In this document: in pieces, positions 26,582 through 36,054 of the stretch | How positions within the stretch are numbered: position 1 is the stretch's first letter | Layout of the letters: each line of letters opens with the position of its first letter | Source of the DNA: an uncultured virus (IMG/VR IMGVR_UViG_3300023210_000024) | Taxonomy: Duplodnaviria > Heunggongvirae > Uroviricota > Caudoviricetes | Reading direction: 5' to 3' (one strand) | IMG/VR virus record: IMGVR_UViG_3300023210_000024 | Length of the DNA: 64,000 nt | Position numbers and translations under genes: made by a program | The notes under the pieces: model-generated | Told to the model about the DNA's origin: nothing | Seen by the model: the letters and a program-made list of their open reading frames with translations, nothing else | Database searches by the model: none

Positions 26582-29071
26582 TTAATTAAAATCATATTCG
26601 ACACCATCTTGGAAGTCGAAGTTTACGTTATTTTGAAATTGTTTTGTGTCAAGAACATATTTGTAACAAGTTTCAGTTCCAGCACTTAATGTGTATCCTT
26701 CTGGACAAGGACTATATTTAACACAACAATCAGAACACATATCAAATGTTAAAAATAGTTCCTTACTATTAAGTACTAAATTACTGTGTTTTTCCAATAC
26801 TGAAGATTGTTTAAAATAATCGGTATATCTCCAATCTAAATCAGCGTCTAAACTTGGGGCGAAAGTTCTGTTTATTACACCATAACCCTGTATAAGACCA
26901 AATTGTCCCTGTTTAATTATTACATTATCAGTTAACTTACCATCGTTATTTTGTATGTTTGAATAGTTAATCTCACCAGGGTTGTAAACCCAAGATTTTT
27001 TATTATCTATAACTGGGACTATTTCAAAACCTGGGCAATCATTGTTTATTATCTCTACTATATCAATCTCTTCGTTACAATTAAAATTAAAATTGTCTAA
27101 AAATATATCATAAATACAACAACAATTTAAACCATGTGTAAATTGTAGGTAAGAATTGAATCCCTCAGTTGTTCCAGTTGTTGGTATGGTAAATTGTGTT
27201 GTGAGGTCAAACCATGTCTCTACATCCACAAAAGAAAAAGGTTCAGATGTTTGTATAACATTATTATTATCGTCTCTTATAATTAAATTAACCACTATTG
27301 GTACACCTGAGTTATAACAACAAGGTGCTTCTGTATCCCCACTCAATGGTGGTGGTGGTGCGATTTCTGCGGGTGTACGTTTGTTTATAGTTGTCGTCTT
27401 ATAATCAATTAAGTTGTTGTTCTCATCAAACTCTAGTATACATGGGTCGGTTGGGTTACCTACTATGATTACATCCCCATCGTCAACAAATGGGGTACAA
27501 GGGTTTTCAGGTTTACCAAAATAAAAAGACACCGAAACATCTATTGGGGTTTCACATTTTGGTTTAATTAAATCATTATTTAACTTAAACTCTAATGGTA
27601 GACATGGGTTTGGGTCACTTGTATAACAAGAACCTTTATATACCCAAGGTAATTGATTGTCTGACGCTATTTTTAAACAACACACTTCACTTATTGATTC
27701 ACCATTAATGGTCACAATTGTTATGTTTTGGTTAAAACTATCAACAGTGGTTGTCATGGTTATCTCAGTTAACCCAATATTACATTCGTCTTGTGATTTA
27801 CAAAAACACAATGTACCATCAAAAAACCCACCCAGTTCTTCACATTTAGCACTACTAACCCCTTGTGACAGTTGCCCATCTTGATTAAAGATACTACCAT
27901 CTACTTGTTCACTATGTGCTGATGTTGCTGTTTCATAACATAAATAAAACCCGCCAGACAATGCTAAAGCGTTGGCCAGTAACACTCTAACTTGTACATT
28001 GTCAACCACCCCATCATTATCTATATCACCACCACTAAACGAATTATTGATAATAAAATTTATTTCATCCGAGGTGAAACCTAAAGAGGACAAAACATTT
28101 GGCGTTAACAATAAACTAGCCCCACTAACCGTTGATATTATAGACATGAATGTGTCAATAGTTTCTACACATTCACATGTGGTTGTTGTTTCTTGTATCG
28201 TATCACAAAGACAAGCTGACGACTCTTCATCAAACTCATTTACGTTAACCACAAAATTAGAGTCCGATAGGGCGGTACAACAATTTTCACTTATTATAGG
28301 TTCACCAGTTAACGCGTCTACATAAAAACTACCATTACCAAAAGTTGTTTCTACAGGGCTGGTTGGGTCTGATGTTATCACACTAACTAGAAAGTCCCAA
28401 AGGGGGGCGTTTATATGTTGTAAAGTGTCACCATTCATTAATGTATATAAGTTATCCCACCAAGCAAAATTGTCACAATCAATACATGTAACTCTATTTT
28501 GTAGTCCTTCAGAACTTATTAAATCTAAATCATACGTGTCACATAGACTATTAGTTTCCTCAGTCACATAACAAATTCTAATGGTGTCGTTCCACGATAC
28601 GGCGGTATTTATGGTTGATTGGTACCACGTACAACACTCATGGGTTATCGAGGACCCACCATTATAGACAATCTCACCTGAAGGTAGTTCCTCGTAATCT
28701 AATTCATTACATGGTGTTATTGTGTCGCCGGCGTTATCTTCGAAACCGTTTGGGTTGATTACTATGTCTTCAATGGGGTTATTGGTATCTACTTCACCAT
28801 ATAAGCAACAATTATCACAAGGGGATGTCGCGTATTGGTCGTAGTTAATGGCTGTTGGGTCCAAACACCCAGGGCCGCCATTATTAGTGATAACTTTATA
28901 ACATTCACCTGAACATATAGTCCCAGGTGGACTACCGCCCACACAATTTGAGGCTAGGTAGGGGCCACTAGGCCCCGTACTTATAGTTGCCCACGCGTTA
29001 TAGTTAATCGCTAATGGGTCTGTACAACCTGGTGTACCTTTATCATCTCCCGTATCTAATCCTTGTGCCAT
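26582..29071 (-). CDS. Cys-rich structural protein (GCTDP..INY and CC repeats)
   Basis: GCTDPLAINY and GCLDPTAINY repeats; many CC pairs; C-terminal QFQNNVNFDFQDGVEYDF. Confidence 0.65.
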   Translation of the reverse strand: MAQGLDTGDDKGTPGCTDPLAINYNAWATISTGPSGPYLASNCVGGSPPGTICSGECYKVITNNGGPGCLDPTAINYDQYATSPCDNCCLYGEVDTNNPIEDIVINPNGFEDNAGDTITPCNELDYEELPSGEIVYNGGSSITHECCTWYQSTINTAVSWNDTIRICYVTEETNSLCDTYDLDLISSEGLQNRVTCIDCDNFAWWDNLYTLMNGDTLQHINAPLWDFLVSVITSDPTSPVETTFGNGSFYVDALTGEPIISENCCTALSDSNFVVNVNEFDEESSACLCDTIQETTTTCECVETIDTFMSIISTVSGASLLLTPNVLSSLGFTSDEINFIINNSFSGGDIDNDGVVDNVQVRVLLANALALSGGFYLCYETATSAHSEQVDGSIFNQDGQLSQGVSSAKCEELGGFFDGTLCFCKSQDECNIGLTEITMTTTVDSFNQNITIVTINGESISEVCCLKIASDNQLPWVYKGSCYTSDPNPCLPLEFKLNNDLIKPKCETPIDVSVSFYFGKPENPCTPFVDDGDVIIVGNPTDPCILEFDENNNLIDYKTTTINKRTPAEIAPPPPLSGDTEAPCCYNSGVPIVVNLIIRDDNNNVIQTSEPFSFVDVETWFDLTTQFTIPTTGTTEGFNSYLQFTHGLNCCCIYDIFLDNFNFNCNEEIDIVEIINNDCPGFEIVPVIDNKKSWVYNPGEINYSNIQNNDGKLTDNVIIKQGQFGLIQGYGVINRTFAPSLDADLDWRYTDYFKQSSVLEKHSNLVLNSKELFLTFDMCSDCCVKYSPCPEGYTLSAGTETCYKYVLDTKQFQNNVNFDFQDGVEYDFN

Positions 29072-29077
29072 CTTATG

Positions 29078-32000
29078 TTAAACTTTAGTGTCACTTGTTG
29101 TTAGGTAACACCCAATGGTTGAATCCCAAACAACGTCTTGGTTCCCACTAGTCTCTCTATAATACCTACAGCAATCCAAAGACAATGTTACACCACCACT
29201 GTTTGCTACTTGAATATAGTTATTACCGTTAATTGTTGTATTAATAAATATGTAATCACCACTAGAAATAGGTGGACATACATAACAACCTGATGTTAGT
29301 GTTACTACATCCCCTCCTGGTGCGTCATAATAATAATAACCTAATGACTCACAACAATATTTACTAACTATGGTTCCATCACCATTTTGTATAGTATTGT
29401 CCTTTATGTTTATACTTAAGTTCTTAATACTACATGGTCGACAAAAGGTGATTGGGGGTATTGTCAGTTCAGTCAATTCTAATTGTCCGGATGTGGTTAC
29501 ACCATATTCATACCCTAAAGACTCACAACAGTCAATAGATAATGTTTTACCGTTTAAATCTGCCACACCTACTGTGGTATCTTCTAATATTATTTCTTGA
29601 ACATCTCTAGGACATTGGAAACACCCTGATTCTAATTTTGAATTCTCAAAGATTATTTGGGTTAGGTCACTTGGTTTAGTGGTGGTTATATTACCATCTA
29701 AATCTGTATATGTACCTTCCAAACCACCAGAATAATAACCTAAAGACTCACAACAATCCTTATCTAACACCGTAAAATTATCTAAACTAATACCACCATC
29801 TAGTTCATTAGTTGCGGTTGTGGTACCTAATAGTCCACCTAGATGTACAACATCCTCTATAGGTGGACAAGGGTCAATATCTTGACGCATCTCACATAAT
29901 TGTGCATCCTCATTCCAAATACCACCTCTTAGTTCACAACATTCTTTATCCTTAAGTATTTTATTATTAATCATATAAAAACAGTTACCCTTTTCAAAAT
30001 ACCCACTCAGTAACCCTATTAAGAACTTTTTAGCTTGACCGTAGTCGGAACCAATATAACCATATTGTGTTGCTAAATTTAATATTTGTGATTCATCATA
30101 GTTTAATAAAAAGTCATCTGGATTACAAATTAATGTTAGACTATCTGTTGGCGGACACCACCAACAATAATAGAAATTTTCGTTTAGGTTTGGTATAACC
30201 CCATCTGGCATTTTTAATACTTCACCTAACCCACCATTAGTTATTGGGCTATTTGCTCCTTCTATTGGGCCTGTTAGTGGTGCAACATTTTCAGTACCAA
30301 ACATTTTAATACCGTCTATTGTGGTTATTTTTTCTTTAACTGTTATCGAAGCGTAACCACTGGTACAAGTATATGAAAGTAATGTTAACTTTAAGTTATA
30401 CACACCCTCACCCAAACTTATTATTTTTTTATTATTTATGTTAGCCGGTGAGTTTAATAAATGTATTGTAGTATCTACTGTTAATGATGCGTTATAATCA
30501 CAACACAACGCTGTCCCCCCACCAAATAGGTTGAATGTTATATCTACTGTTGTGTTAGGTTCCACCGTTAACTGACCGAATAAACTATCCATACAACCGT
30601 TACCACTACAGGGTTGATTGGTGAATGTTGTTGCGATTCCGCTTACCGTGTCATTACAATCAACAACGGCTGTAGGTATTACTATTGTTTCTAACATATT
30701 TAAACTAAACCCATTAGTTTCTTGTTTAGCTACCACAAGTTCCCCATTACCTGGACCATCTACACACCCATCAACCGCTATTGAACTGGTTACAGTCGCG
30801 AAGTTTGTCGTGGTGACGGGTAGGTAGTCTGTATTATAACAATAAGTAAAGTCACCAAATGGTAAGGGTTGAATCAGCTGCTCATCTTTACCACACGGTA
30901 CATAATATAAAACCGCCTCACCTTTCCCACTAACGTTTACCGTTGTTGAAGCACATTTTGGTGTGGGGGTTACCGTGTTTGGTAACCAATAAAAGTCACA
31001 ACATTCTTCAATGTCATGTGGAACACTTTCTCCATAATTATTTATATATATTAACCCATCTTGACCAAAAGTTAAGTCTGCTGGACAATCATTACATAGT
31101 TCCGATTCTCCGGCTTGAAATGTTATTCTTAATGAGTATGTGTTACCACTATCTATAACATTAGTTGGTCCGTCTACATCACCAAATGAGACTAGACCAG
31201 AAGATAAAACATTTATGTTGTCATCTGGGTTTACAAGATTTGGTAAAATTTCTTCACCGTAATTAGATAAGGCTTGGCCACTTTCGTCTGGTGTAAATGT
31301 ACCATTATTATACTCTGTAAAATAATTAGTGATTAATGGTTCTGTTCTATTAAGATTAACCGTACTTTGGAAACCATCAACAAAACACCTAAACTTATCC
31401 CAATACCTTTGACCAAAATCGTAAACACCATAATGTGGGTTATTGCCTGTGGTTCTTATGTTCCCACCATTATACCAAAAACCATCATTCTGAAACCAAA
31501 AAGTTTCTGTATCTGCTGGAACTCTAGGAAACCCATAAGTATCAAATGGGAACGTATCAAAATTCAAATCAAAATAATCAGAACCAAATAAGTTGTTAAA
31601 TTGGCTCCTAACCACACTTAAATCTAATTTATTTTTGGCTAAATACACCCTTTCATCCATTGTGACTAAGCAATTATTTATGGTAAATAGTTTCATAAAA
31701 AACTCTAAAACTTTTCTAGTACCTTTTGACCTAAATAACCACCAAGCGTTTATAACTAGCCTTCTCCATAATTCAACATCTATTTGTTTTGCGGATAACT
31801 CTCTTGAGTACCCTGAAAATTGGGGGTCATCGCCCTCATCATCATTTTCTAATAAATTAAAACCATTACCAGTTGTCATTAAAGTGTCAAAACCTAACGT
31901 TTTTGCCATAATTTTTATTAGACTATCCGATGTGTTGTCTTTTTTACTATATGTAACCACATTAGCGAATGAAATGCCGTCAATATATTTTTTAACTACA

Positions 32001-33106
32001 TCAAATTCTACACCATATACCCTTAATAATTTAGAAACTCGCATACCAGTTCTTGAAGTCCCATCACCCTCTGTATCGTATTCTATTATAGAATCAGAAA
32101 CAAATCTTCTCAAAACTAAATCGGTTTTATTTTCATCATATAAAGAGGCTATCTCAAATAACCCCTCAACATAATTTTGGTAACTAAACGTATTTATATC
32201 TAAATTATACCCATCAGATGTTGGCCAAGCGAAACTCCTAAGTGTAAACCCAATATCACCATCTTCATATTTAAATGGTACATTTATCGTAAAGTTATAC
32301 TTTGGCGTTGTTAGTCTGTCTAGTAAAAGGTTTTGAAAATCTGTTAGATTTGTAAAAAATTTATCCCTTATTTTTTTAATGGGTTTTACGTGAAACTCTT
32401 TTTGAGCGAAAGTGGTCCCAGATAATCCATTAAAAAGTTTACCCCTAACCTTAAAATATATATAATTAACACCAGTTGTCTTACCAGTCAATCCCTCAAT
32501 GACAAACTCATTATTGTTCTCATCACTTAGAATATAGTCGTTTATTTGTAATGGTATGTTGTTCGACCCAAATGGGTTTTTAGTGTAATCTAAATTATAC
32601 GGATTATTTACCGCACCAATTGGTGTTTTAAATGTTGAGGTATCTGTTGGTGGGTCGTAATCAAAATCCAATATTGTGTTTATACCAGACGGTCTTGTCT
32701 GGGTATTACTTATTGCGTTTACCGTGACAGATAATGCGGCTGGCCATTTTACAATTATTCCTTGTATTGTGTCCTCTAAAAATTTGTAAAAACTACCAAA
32801 ATAAACATACCTACCGATGTTGGTTTTATCATAGTTTAACCTAACATATATATTATTTGAAACTATTGTTTGTAATTCAGCTTCAGTAATATCTAAATTA
32901 TTTAAACAATAGTAGTCGGACCATTCCCCTAATTTAAAATCCTGTGCAACCCTCCCTTGGTAGTTTGAGGTTATGTCAAAATTACCTAAAGTAAAAAAGG
33001 CGTTGGGGTCTGTAAACTGATTACCCACTAAATTTGGTGCAAAATCTCCTTGCCCTATTTTATAAGAATCTGTTAACGAACCTGGTATTACTTTTTTTGT
33101 TGCCAT
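29078..33106 (-). CDS. Large baseplate/tail structural protein with Cys-rich C-terminal repeats
   Basis: ELWRRLVINAWWLFRSKGTRK motif (wedge/tail-I-like); CCESLGY repeats. Confidence 0.65.
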   Translation of the reverse strand: MATKKVIPGSLTDSYKIGQGDFAPNLVGNQFTDPNAFFTLGNFDITSNYQGRVAQDFKLGEWSDYYCLNNLDITEAELQTIVSNNIYVRLNYDKTNIGRYVYFGSFYKFLEDTIQGIIVKWPAALSVTVNAISNTQTRPSGINTILDFDYDPPTDTSTFKTPIGAVNNPYNLDYTKNPFGSNNIPLQINDYILSDENNNEFVIEGLTGKTTGVNYIYFKVRGKLFNGLSGTTFAQKEFHVKPIKKIRDKFFTNLTDFQNLLLDRLTTPKYNFTINVPFKYEDGDIGFTLRSFAWPTSDGYNLDINTFSYQNYVEGLFEIASLYDENKTDLVLRRFVSDSIIEYDTEGDGTSRTGMRVSKLLRVYGVEFDVVKKYIDGISFANVVTYSKKDNTSDSLIKIMAKTLGFDTLMTTGNGFNLLENDDEGDDPQFSGYSRELSAKQIDVELWRRLVINAWWLFRSKGTRKVLEFFMKLFTINNCLVTMDERVYLAKNKLDLSVVRSQFNNLFGSDYFDLNFDTFPFDTYGFPRVPADTETFWFQNDGFWYNGGNIRTTGNNPHYGVYDFGQRYWDKFRCFVDGFQSTVNLNRTEPLITNYFTEYNNGTFTPDESGQALSNYGEEILPNLVNPDDNINVLSSGLVSFGDVDGPTNVIDSGNTYSLRITFQAGESELCNDCPADLTFGQDGLIYINNYGESVPHDIEECCDFYWLPNTVTPTPKCASTTVNVSGKGEAVLYYVPCGKDEQLIQPLPFGDFTYCYNTDYLPVTTTNFATVTSSIAVDGCVDGPGNGELVVAKQETNGFSLNMLETIVIPTAVVDCNDTVSGIATTFTNQPCSGNGCMDSLFGQLTVEPNTTVDITFNLFGGGTALCCDYNASLTVDTTIHLLNSPANINNKKIISLGEGVYNLKLTLLSYTCTSGYASITVKEKITTIDGIKMFGTENVAPLTGPIEGANSPITNGGLGEVLKMPDGVIPNLNENFYYCWWCPPTDSLTLICNPDDFLLNYDESQILNLATQYGYIGSDYGQAKKFLIGLLSGYFEKGNCFYMINNKILKDKECCELRGGIWNEDAQLCEMRQDIDPCPPIEDVVHLGGLLGTTTATNELDGGISLDNFTVLDKDCCESLGYYSGGLEGTYTDLDGNITTTKPSDLTQIIFENSKLESGCFQCPRDVQEIILEDTTVGVADLNGKTLSIDCCESLGYEYGVTTSGQLELTELTIPPITFCRPCSIKNLSINIKDNTIQNGDGTIVSKYCCESLGYYYYDAPGGDVVTLTSGCYVCPPISSGDYIFINTTINGNNYIQVANSGGVTLSLDCCRYYRETSGNQDVVWDSTIGCYLTTSDTKV

Positions 33107-33118
33107 TGACTAATTTAT

Positions 33119-33982
33119 TTATTGTCCAACACTAGTTATTCTATCAAAATCTTTAGTTTCGTCTATATTGACCCTTTTTTCTCTAATTTCATAAAGTGGT
33201 TCACCACTAAACTGGTCTTGTATTTCATAAAGATTGTATTGTTTATAAATCTCATTACTAAAGTTATATAAAGTATATATACCGTCTTGTATTCCCTTAG
33301 CTTGGTTACCATATAACCCTATCGCTAATGAATTAATGTCGTATTCTGTTAGTTCTAATTCTATTAGCATTGGGTCAAATATTGTTTTATTAATTTTAAT
33401 TTTTTGACCAGTTTTCCCTATATATGGTAAACTATTTGGTTTTACCGTTGGTGCTGAAGATGGGGTAACAGTTAAAAATACTAAGTTAGAGTTGTTGTTA
33501 AACCTATATCTAATAGATTTTTGTGTAGTACTAGGTAAGTTTTGTGTTATCGCTTCCGCTCTATTGGCTGATGTTATAATTGTAAATGTGTCTGTCGCTA
33601 TGCCGTCACTATAATACTCAATTCTAGACCCAACTAAAGAGTCTAAATCACCTAAGCCGTTAGCATCTAAAACAACTCCCTTTATTTTTGGGAATGCGGC
33701 TAATACACCACAATCGGTGATTGTTGTTGTTATTATTCTAGGTCTTATCATAATGTTATATATTCCCACATTAGAAAATTGGTCTGCGGGTAATTTTAAA
33801 TTAAAATAACCAGGTAATACATCACCGTCTGGTTGATTTAATGTTGTTAATCCACCCCCAACAACAAATTTAAAATCATTAGTTGGTTCTTTATTTCTGT
33901 TTCCAACATAACTATATAATACTTCTATATCACCTGTCGGTACACTAGATAGTCTTTTTGTTCCGTAATTGCCTATTGCCAT
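33119..33982 (-). CDS. Putative baseplate-region structural protein
   Basis: 287 aa starting MAIGNYG; structural-block context. Confidence 0.6.
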   Translation of the reverse strand: MAIGNYGTKRLSSVPTGDIEVLYSYVGNRNKEPTNDFKFVVGGGLTTLNQPDGDVLPGYFNLKLPADQFSNVGIYNIMIRPRIITTTITDCGVLAAFPKIKGVVLDANGLGDLDSLVGSRIEYYSDGIATDTFTIITSANRAEAITQNLPSTTQKSIRYRFNNNSNLVFLTVTPSSAPTVKPNSLPYIGKTGQKIKINKTIFDPMLIELELTEYDINSLAIGLYGNQAKGIQDGIYTLYNFSNEIYKQYNLYEIQDQFSGEPLYEIREKRVNIDETKDFDRITSVGQ

Positions 33983-33984
33983 AA

Positions 33985-34461
33985 TTAAATTCTTTTTATA
34001 TTATAAAACCCATTTTTATAGATTTCTAATTGCCCTATGTTATTAATGTCCATTAATCTCATATGTTTTTCGTATATATTACCAACACCCCTCTCTATAA
34101 ATATTTCATCTTCTATTTCAGGCAAAAAAACTTGTTCTAATTTATTTTCTTCTTTTATTAGTGGGTAAAGTTCAAAATTATCACTATTTTGAACTTTGTA
34201 CGTTGTATCTTGTCTATATGGTTCATTAACATAGTTTGGGGTGGTGTAAGTTTTTAATTTTCTTGTTTCTTTGTGTGTCGATTTCGAACCTGATGAACCG
34301 TTTGAGTCAAAAAATGTTTTATATAGTATATCATCAATCTCGTATTCAACAAAATCTGTTTGCACATTTAAGACCCCATTAACCCCAACTTTATATGGGT
34401 TGTTGACATCTAAAGTTTTAATATCATTTAATCTATTGCTAGTGTGTCCTGTTATAAACAT
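33985..34461 (-). CDS. Putative structural protein
   Basis: 158 aa; EIFIERG...YKNGFYNI C-terminus. Confidence 0.6.
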   Translation of the reverse strand: MFITGHTSNRLNDIKTLDVNNPYKVGVNGVLNVQTDFVEYEIDDILYKTFFDSNGSSGSKSTHKETRKLKTYTTPNYVNEPYRQDTTYKVQNSDNFELYPLIKEENKLEQVFLPEIEDEIFIERGVGNIYEKHMRLMDINNIGQLEIYKNGFYNIKRI

Positions 34462-34474
34462 AATTTAATTTTTT

Positions 34475-35335
34475 TTAATTTGGTACACAGTAAAATTTCC
34501 ACCTACGAGTAGTCCCATACACGTATGGGTTATCGTTGGACCCATCCCCTGAAAGGATACAACCACCAGTATCATGATATGGTAGTTGCCCCAGACTCCC
34601 AACACCTATAATGAATCTTCCACCCCCATCACAGTTACACCCATTGGCGTAAGTTCCGTTATAATCAAGGTCGGGTGCTTCGGACTGAGTCAACACATGG
34701 AAAGACCCTGCTGGTCCTGGGCAACACCCTGTACCACCACACCCATTCGGTGCACAACCGGTAATTAGATTGGTACAACCCCCTGAACACCAATCCGCAG
34801 CCGCGGCTGCCATGTCCACGTAACTTGGGGGTGTTTCTACACAACCTGATGATAAATGATAACACCCAGCACCAGCATCTAACCCAGTACCACCATCACC
34901 ACCATCACCATCACCAGTACCACCACCTTCAGTATTATCTTCATAATAATTGCAGCAACCATTACACGCTTCTGTTGCGTTTTCGTTATAATTTAACGCC
35001 TCCATATCCATACACCCAACTTGGTCTAAGGTAGAATCCGTATTGTCTGTTTCACCATTATCATACGTGTTTGTTATCCCACTACCTATTGGGTTGGTTC
35101 CACCGTCATTAGTACCATCATTACTCGTAACCCAAAAACTACCTAAATCAATAGTTTCTTCCTTTTCTTTATGGTCAGTATACACACCCAAATCTTTAAT
35201 ACTTTGTTTTAAAAGTATCGGCAGGAATAGGTCCTCTTTATTTAGATAGGCAATAGTGTCATCAACACCATCACCATCGGTGTCTATAGTCGTTAAAATT
35301 CTTTTAATCTTGATATCTCTTTCGTGTTTTTCCAC
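34475..35335 (-). CDS. Gly/Cys-rich putative structural protein
   Basis: GTG start overlapping the upstream TAG; GCMDMEALNY repeat unit; DTDGDGVDD Ca-binding-like loop. Confidence 0.6.
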   Translation of the reverse strand: MEKHERDIKIKRILTTIDTDGDGVDDTIAYLNKEDLFLPILLKQSIKDLGVYTDHKEKEETIDLGSFWVTSNDGTNDGGTNPIGSGITNTYDNGETDNTDSTLDQVGCMDMEALNYNENATEACNGCCNYYEDNTEGGGTGDGDGGDGGTGLDAGAGCYHLSSGCVETPPSYVDMAAAAADWCSGGCTNLITGCAPNGCGGTGCCPGPAGSFHVLTQSEAPDLDYNGTYANGCNCDGGGRFIIGVGSLGQLPYHDTGGCILSGDGSNDNPYVYGTTRRWKFYCVPN

Positions 35336-36054
35336 TATAATATGACTCTTTCAGTTAAAGTAATTGTGTTAGTAGTGTTTGCCCCAACGAATGGTATTGT
35401 CGCTATACTATAATTACCGTTATTAATGTTTGGGTTTATTAGCATTGTTGGGCTTGTCCACCAATCAGGATTTTGACTATACTCTGTTATAGTGATTGGC
35501 GCGGTATAAGTTAGTGGTAGATTATAAAAATCATATACTTTGCCGTTTAAAGCATTAAAAAATCTGCCGACTATGTATAGGTTTTTATTTTCATTAGTTG
35601 TATTAAATAGTTCACTATTTCTAAACCAATAAACCCTTTTTAGTTTAAGCTTAGGTACTATCGTACCTGTAACGTCCAACTCTTCAAATAAAACTAAATT
35701 TCTATTTTCAGACTCATTTTTATCATAAAAATAAAGCCTAAAAAAACTTTTAGTGAAAGAATTTTTTGTTAACCCAGTTACGGTATTAAACCCCATAACA
35801 GAATAATCTTCCTCATACATCTGAGTGTTTCTATTGTAAAACCTAAAGGATATATCAAAACCATTTACATCCGTAGTTTTATACGCTATTTGTTCCTCAT
35901 CTTGGTATGGGTTTATTGTTTTGTTAGTCTCATCCTCAACCAACCTATCTATTGATTCACCCAAACCTATCTGCGTAAAACTTAACCCCGATGGGATACC
36001 GATATTAACATCTTGACCTTTAACTTTATTTACACTATACCTTTCCATTAACAA
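35335..36054 (-). CDS. Putative structural protein
   Basis: 239 aa; FTKSFFRLYFYD...GRFFNA motifs. Probable start at ATG 36048. Confidence 0.6.
   Translation of the reverse strand: MLMERYSVNKVKGQDVNIGIPSGLSFTQIGLGESIDRLVEDETNKTINPYQDEEQIAYKTTDVNGFDISFRFYNRNTQMYEEDYSVMGFNTVTGLTKNSFTKSFFRLYFYDKNESENRNLVLFEELDVTGTIVPKLKLKRVYWFRNSELFNTTNENKNLYIVGRFFNALNGKVYDFYNLPLTYTAPITITEYSQNPDWWTSPTMLINPNINNGNYSIATIPFVGANTTNTITLTERVIL

Noticed and set aside
34825..35034. His-rich + strand ORF
   Set aside because: It is the antisense reading of a Gly/Asp (GGT/GAT) linker in the - strand gene.
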